Program-made: the position numbers and the translations under genes
The notes under the pieces: model-generated
Seen by the model: the letters and a program-made list of their open reading frames with translations, nothing else
Database searches by the model: none
What the model was told of the DNA's origin: nothing
Assembly: GCF_019424165.1 (NCBI RefSeq)
Contig: NZ_JAHZAA010000007.1
Coordinates: forward strand, 17,915-81,914
Reading direction: 5' to 3'
Length of the DNA stretch: 64,000 nt
Source: Desulfovibrio sp.
GTDB taxonomy: Bacteria > Desulfobacterota > Desulfovibrionia > Desulfovibrionales > Desulfovibrionaceae
Part shown: one piece after another, positions 60,201 to 64,000 of the stretch
Layout of the letters: every line of letters begins with the position of its first letter
Position numbering within the stretch: position 1 is the stretch's first letter

Positions 60201-60337
60201 TAGTGGCCGAGGGCGTGGAAACAGAAGAACAGTTTGCCATTCTCAGGCAAAAAGGCTGCGAGCAGGTTCAGGGCTATCTGTTCAGCAAGCCGATCCCCAT
60301 GGCGGCCTTTGAGAAAAGCTATCTGCCCCTGCAATAG
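57239..60337 (+). CDS. membrane-bound GGDEF-PAS-GAF-GGDEF-EAL c-di-GMP signalling protein
   Basis: N-terminal TMs. DIDHFK...RGSD...GGEEF, a second domain with RVGGDEF, then EAL, DDFG, KVDK, AEGVE, QGYLF. Confidence 0.92.
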   Translation: MKKNIGSLKVRVTTCLQHEWARYLASVSLIFLSILIVYAFNIPNPMIILMIPIVYATYSSGYLGGALNGCVAFAYSAHFFLVKTNDPAGAYKSVTIALSIFAIVLLVGKLKSREEKNIQELKRYGDALVHMATTDKLTGASNRHAFFKRGAALHEHSKKFNMPVSVLFIDIDHFKQVNDLYGHAFGDAVLERISYAIKRCLRGSDINCRYGGEEFVVLLAHADSDAAHLVAHRIMNMVQRIRFQQYPDLRLSVSIGLSSMQPAAPRSLEHLIRCADSAMYQAKQDGRNRVVVEHPEPYTGKPREIPLSVLQTATPAHPMDQGMISDMPEEEKALMQDTLLNTLEQMLELVYVVDVTTYELLYINASAREKYGIDNSRGAKCHQLLQGLDTPCSFCLNDRLTFDSVYSWEFTNKMLGRHFILRDRLVNWNGRKARMQIATDSRERELERQARQDALEGEQVNRGCIALLYNEKTLSEALEDLLKRVGKHFGADRAYFFWLSGTTFLLNSEWRAASLTQKRYQTLDEARFQQWKMSADTSEYLVISNMEQQQEAYKDLYAQGIRNLVIMPLEQNGTLLGFWGMENAASGRIREIAPLLLSLRYFLLSTIRRINSEELLVKLSFEDSLTGLHNRNSYLQDISGAKDTHNAGIAYLSINEMKRINDVFGQAHGDRLLVDCAHCVKKTFPSGTAYRVGGDEFLVMCKNIPREGFEQCVRLLKVHCSAFQDCRVAIGHQWAETTAAMQDLAHAAEKLMYQDKKNHYRKNLPSDRYRHYNDDVFCLTEPGMLKKSLHEGAFTVYLQPKVSSADRRVSGCEALVRYLQKDGTVTPPSQFLPVLEDTKLIGILDFYVFDIVCASIARWLAEGRRAIPISVNFSRYTLAEQDFLTRLQTVFKGYGIDKKWVIIEVTESVKGVEGMNLLALIDSIREMGFAVAIDDFGVDFANLSLFSLANFDELKVDKALVDSIVTNQKTQMVIEAVVDMCRRMDIRVVAEGVETEEQFAILRQKGCEQVQGYLFSKPIPMAAFEKSYLPLQ

Positions 60338-60349
60338 TTTTCCGCTGAC

Positions 60350-60414
60350 AAAAAGGCCCGTTTCCGTCCAGGTCCGTCCCCAGCCAAAGGGGTATGCCTG
60401 AACGAAAACGGGCC
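60350..60414 (-). terminator. terminator after ilvA
   Basis: 18-bp stem with G-U pairs on the minus strand, followed by T5. Confidence 0.65.
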
Positions 60415-60486
60415 GTACTTGTTTGTGGAACAGATGTTACGAAACATCCGCGCAGGACAGCGGGCCACCTTCAATGGCAGCCGGCC

Positions 60487-62025
60487 CTAGTCGTCGTGCC
60501 ACCCCAGAAACATCTGGTAGGCGGGATTGTTCGTTTCTTCCACATGCGGGTAGCCCATGCCTTCAACCCGCTGCAAAAACTCCTCGAAAACCTCGCGCTT
60601 TTCTTCCGGAACCTCAAAGCCCACCAGCACGCGGCCAAAGTCAGCACCATGATAACGGTACTGGAACAGGCTGATACTGAAGTCCACGCGCATGGCGTCC
60701 ATAAAGTCCAGCAAAGCGCCGGGCCGTTCGGGGAAGGTAAAGCGCAGCAACCGCTCATGCAGCACCTGCGGTGCGTTGCCGCCCACCAGATGCCGCAGGT
60801 GAACCTTGGCAAATTCGTTATCAGTCAGATCAACGGCCCCAAAACCCTTGCTGTGCAGTTCTGCCAGCACTTCGGCCACATCTTCACGCCCACTGATTTT
60901 TATGCCAACCAGCACACGCGCCTTTACCGGGTCGGAAAACCGGGTACACAGTTCAGTGATATTGCGATTGCCGAAAGCAGCACACAGGACGCGAAAACTG
61001 CCCACGGCTTCCGGAATGGTCACTGCCAGCAGGGCCTCGCGGTGCGCGCCGATTTCAGACCGATCCACCACATGGCTCAGGCGGTCGAAGTTCATGTTGG
61101 CCCCGCTGACCACCGCGGCCAGGGTAACATCCCTCTGGCCGCTGGCGGCAACGTAGGCGCGCAGCCCGGCCAGGGCCAGGGCTCCCGCGGGTTCGGCGAC
61201 CAGGCGCGTGTCTTCAAAAATATCCTTTATGGCTCCGCAGATGGCGTCTGTCTCTACCACAATAATGTCGTCCAGCAGGTCGCGGCACAGGGCAAAAGTG
61301 TGCTCGCCCACCAGCTTCACGGCAACGCCGTCGGCAAAAAGCCCCACGTCATGCATTTCCACCCGGTGTCCGGCCATAACCGAACGGCGCATGGCATCGG
61401 AATCCACAGGCTCCACACCGATGACCCGGATTTCAGGCCGCAGGGCCTTGATATAGGCCGCAACGCCCGCCGCCATGCCCCCGCCGCCGATGGGCACAAA
61501 AACCGCGTGAATATCGCCGGGATGCTGCCGCAGAATTTCCATGGCGATGGTTCCCTGCCCGGCAATGACGTCCGGATCATCAAAGGGCGGAATATAAATG
61601 CAGCCGCTTTCCTGAATAAGTTTGAGTGTATGCTGCCAGGCATCGCTGAACGATTCGCCTGAAAGCACCACCTGCCCGCCCAGACGGCGCACAGCCTCCA
61701 CCTTGATGGCGGGCGTCGTCACAGGCATGACGATGGTGGCCTCGCAGCCAAGCTTGCGCGCTGCCAGGGCCACACCCTGGGCATGATTGCCCGCAGAGGC
61801 GGCAATAACGCCGCGCCGTAAGTCTTCCGGCGAAAGGCGGGCCATTTTGTTGTACGCACCGCGCAGCTTGAAGGAAAAAACAGGCTGATAATCCTCACGC
61901 TTGAGCAGAATCCTGTTGCCGAGACGGCGCGAAAGGGTCTTGGCTTCTTCGAGAGGCGTCTCCACTGCCACGTCATAAACGCGGCTCAACAAAATGCGAT
62001 TCAGGTATTCGCTGTGCTTGTGCAT
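60487..62025 (-). CDS. ilvA: biosynthetic threonine ammonia-lyase
   Basis: KREDYQPVFSFKLRGA, SAGNHAQGV, GGGG, SGAN, two C-terminal regulatory domains (FPERPGAL, FQYR.HG). Confidence 0.96.
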   Translation of the reverse strand: MHKHSEYLNRILLSRVYDVAVETPLEEAKTLSRRLGNRILLKREDYQPVFSFKLRGAYNKMARLSPEDLRRGVIAASAGNHAQGVALAARKLGCEATIVMPVTTPAIKVEAVRRLGGQVVLSGESFSDAWQHTLKLIQESGCIYIPPFDDPDVIAGQGTIAMEILRQHPGDIHAVFVPIGGGGMAAGVAAYIKALRPEIRVIGVEPVDSDAMRRSVMAGHRVEMHDVGLFADGVAVKLVGEHTFALCRDLLDDIIVVETDAICGAIKDIFEDTRLVAEPAGALALAGLRAYVAASGQRDVTLAAVVSGANMNFDRLSHVVDRSEIGAHREALLAVTIPEAVGSFRVLCAAFGNRNITELCTRFSDPVKARVLVGIKISGREDVAEVLAELHSKGFGAVDLTDNEFAKVHLRHLVGGNAPQVLHERLLRFTFPERPGALLDFMDAMRVDFSISLFQYRYHGADFGRVLVGFEVPEEKREVFEEFLQRVEGMGYPHVEETNNPAYQMFLGWHDD

Positions 62026-62228
62026 GCATGTGTCCTTCGGCTGCAAAAATGACACGGCCGTCCTGTAGCCGTGCGGAAAAACGCTTGTTCGTCAGCGCAG
62101 ATTCTTATATACCCGGCGTCCGCTCACCTCAACCCCCCAACAACAGCACAAATGCGCCGTGCAGGCGGACAAGCCCGTGCGCCCTGTACAGCGGCGGGCC
62201 ATTAGGATAAGCTCGCGCCGGAGAATAT

Positions 62229-62927
62229 ATGCCGCCAGAATACCCGCAGCAAGAAGACAAGGCCCTGCGCGCCTATCAGCCGCACATTACCGTGCGCGCC
62301 GCCGGGCGGCTGTGGCAGCTCAGCCGCGCCGCCGACCTTGAGCAACTCTGGGAGGCCATGACTGCCGATTCCCACGACTTTGAAGACGAACGCCTGCCCT
62401 ACTGGACGGAGCTTTGGCCATCAAGTGTGGCCTTGGCCTCGTGGCTGCATGAGCGCCGCCAGGAGATCGCAGGGCGGAACTGCCTTGACCTGGGCTGTGG
62501 CCTGGGCCTCACGGCCATGGTGGGCCAATGGCTCGGCGCCCGTGTGCTGGCGGTGGATTATGAGGAAGAGGCCCTGCGTTTTGCCGCCCGCAACGCGGCC
62601 CTCAACGAGGTTTCCCAGGCCCTGTGGGCAGTTATGGACTGGCGCAGCCCCGCAGTCCGGGCCGGAAGCATGCACCGTATATGGGGCGGCGACATCATGT
62701 ATGAAAAACGCTTTGTAACGCCGGTATTGCGTTTTCTGGGGCATGCCCTGGCCCCGGACGGGGCAGCCTGGGTAGCCGAACCGGGGCGTTCGGTTTACGA
62801 TACGTTCCTGCACGCCCTGCAAAGTGGCGGCTGGCAGGGCAGACGGGTTTACGCCCAAAAGGTCGAAGCCCTCTACGCCCAGCCCGTACCCGTCACCGTG
62901 CAGGTATGGGAAATCCGCCGCGCCTGA
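62229..62927 (+). CDS. SAM-dependent methyltransferase (Methyltransf_16-like)
   Basis: [26 protein letters not shown]. Confidence 0.85.
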   Translation: MPPEYPQQEDKALRAYQPHITVRAAGRLWQLSRAADLEQLWEAMTADSHDFEDERLPYWTELWPSSVALASWLHERRQEIAGRNCLDLGCGLGLTAMVGQWLGARVLAVDYEEEALRFAARNAALNEVSQALWAVMDWRSPAVRAGSMHRIWGGDIMYEKRFVTPVLRFLGHALAPDGAAWVAEPGRSVYDTFLHALQSGGWQGRRVYAQKVEALYAQPVPVTVQVWEIRRA

Positions 62928-63001
62928 CGCGGCCACAACACAAACAGAACAGCGCGCCGCCCTTATTTTATTATAGGCGGCAAGCGCCGCAGGACACTGC
63001 T

Positions 63002-63418
63002 ATGGGAAATCTTGCACGCTTTGGCGTTTCACTGGATCAAGACCTGCTGGAACCCTTTGACGAGCTTTGCCGTCGCAAAAGCTATCCCAATCGCTCCGAA
63101 GCCATACGCGACCTTATCCGCAAGGCCCTGGTGGAGGAAAAGTGGAACAGCGACGCCCACGGCGCAGGCACGCTCACCCTGGTTTACGATCACCATAAAA
63201 ACGATCTTTCGCGCCGTCTTGTGCAAATCCAGCACGACGACCACGACCTTATCGTTACCACCCTGCACGTGCACCTTGACCACTACAACTGCCTTGAAGT
63301 GCTGGTGCTCAAGGGCGAGCCCAAGCGCATGCGCGCTCTGGCCGACAAGCTTATCGCCTGCCGCGGCGTCAAGCACGGCACTTTTACCGGCACTACCACA
63401 GGAGAGGACCTGGCATAA
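63002..63418 (+). CDS. nikR: nickel-responsive regulator NikR
   Basis: RFGVSL ribbon-helix-helix, [27 protein letters not shown]i ligands. Confidence 0.95.
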   Translation: MGNLARFGVSLDQDLLEPFDELCRRKSYPNRSEAIRDLIRKALVEEKWNSDAHGAGTLTLVYDHHKNDLSRRLVQIQHDDHDLIVTTLHVHLDHYNCLEVLVLKGEPKRMRALADKLIACRGVKHGTFTGTTTGEDLA

Positions 63419-64000
63419 TGGAAGACGTGCAAAGTCATGCCCCGCAAATCCCCCTGAACATAGATCGCGTGGGCGTGCGAGAACTCCGGCTCCCCCTGCT
63501 CGTGCGCGACCGTACCCGGGGTACGCAGCAGACCGTGGCCAGCGTTGACCTTGGCGTGGACCTGCCCTCAGAATTCAAGGGTACCCACATGAGCCGCTTT
63601 GTGGAAGCGCTGGAACAGTGGAACGATGAAATCAGCTACCAGTCGGTACGCCGCCTGCTGCAGGATATCAGACAGCGCCTCGAAGCCCGGCGGGCTTACG
63701 CGCGCTTCTGTTTTCCCTACTTCATCAGCAAGGCCGCTCCGGCTTCGGGCAGTCCGGCCCTGGTCAGCTACCAGTGCCGCCTCACCGGCGAACTTGACGA
63801 AGCGGGACAGCATTTTATTCTAGAAGTAGACGTACCCGTCATGACTGTCTGCCCCTGCTCCAAGGCCATCAGCAACGAAGGCGCGCACAGTCAGCGAGCC
63901 ATCGTGCGCATGCGCCTGCGCATGAAAACATTCTCCTGGCTCGAAGATTTCATAGACATAGCCGAAGCCTCTGGCTCATCGGCCGTCTATACGCTGCTCA
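63418..64000 (+). CDS. folE2: GTP cyclohydrolase IB (partial, runs off window)
   Basis: Read directly: MEDVQS...[35 protein letters not shown]-coupled to nikR. Confidence 0.93.
   Translation, partial: MEDVQSHAPQIPLNIDRVGVRELRLPLLVRDRTRGTQQTVASVDLGVDLPSEFKGTHMSRFVEALEQWNDEISYQSVRRLLQDIRQRLEARRAYARFCFPYFISKAAPASGSPALVSYQCRLTGELDEAGQHFILEVDVPVMTVCPCSKAISNEGAHSQRAIVRMRLRMKTFSWLEDFIDIAEASGSSAVYTLL

Noticed and set aside
1194..61662. Long antisense or overlapping ORFs (e.g. 1194-2747, 5737-7593, 10667-12286, 48088-50307, 60394-61662)
   Set aside because: Shadow frames of well-supported genes on the opposite strand, expected with high GC3 codon bias.
1..64000. Selenoprotein genes (in-frame TGA plus SECIS), prompted by selC and selA
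   Set aside because: The recognised CDSs look full length, and no TGA was seen at a catalytic Cys position. The search was by eye and not exhaustive.
1..64000. CRISPR array, prophage, transposase, rRNA
   Set aside because: No regularly spaced repeats or signature proteins were seen.

Overview
Moderately GC-rich bacterial chromosome segment, densely coding. Gene content and order point to a Desulfovibrio-like sulfate reducer (inference). The core is housekeeping: ftsH-folP-dacA-ybbR-glmM-galU, tRNA-Sec, DEAD-box helicase, folC-selA-M18 aminopeptidase, acs, a polar amino-acid ABC transporter, ilvA and nikR-folE2. No integrase, transposase, prophage or CRISPR array was seen. The most interesting parts are: (1) an uncharacterised cluster just downstream of tRNA-Sec, comprising a divergent PAS/GAF-like protein, paired FadR-type operators, GntR, a small twin-arginine-motif protein, a Trp-rich polytopic membrane protein, a Tat-signal metallo-beta-lactamase-fold enzyme and an N-terminally extended CobW/COG0523 GTPase, with tatA nearby; (2) a MoxR-like AAA+/HEXXH-vWA/hypothetical operon with a Fur-like box; (3) a FeoA + SCA-motif P1B ATPase + HMA2-like iron module with no feoB; (4) two 152-bp MITE-like palindromic elements that each overlap a gene's stop codon; (5) near-identical Rex-like boxes upstream of adh and acs. 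Start codons were chosen by eye from RBS and homology cues. No database searches were run.
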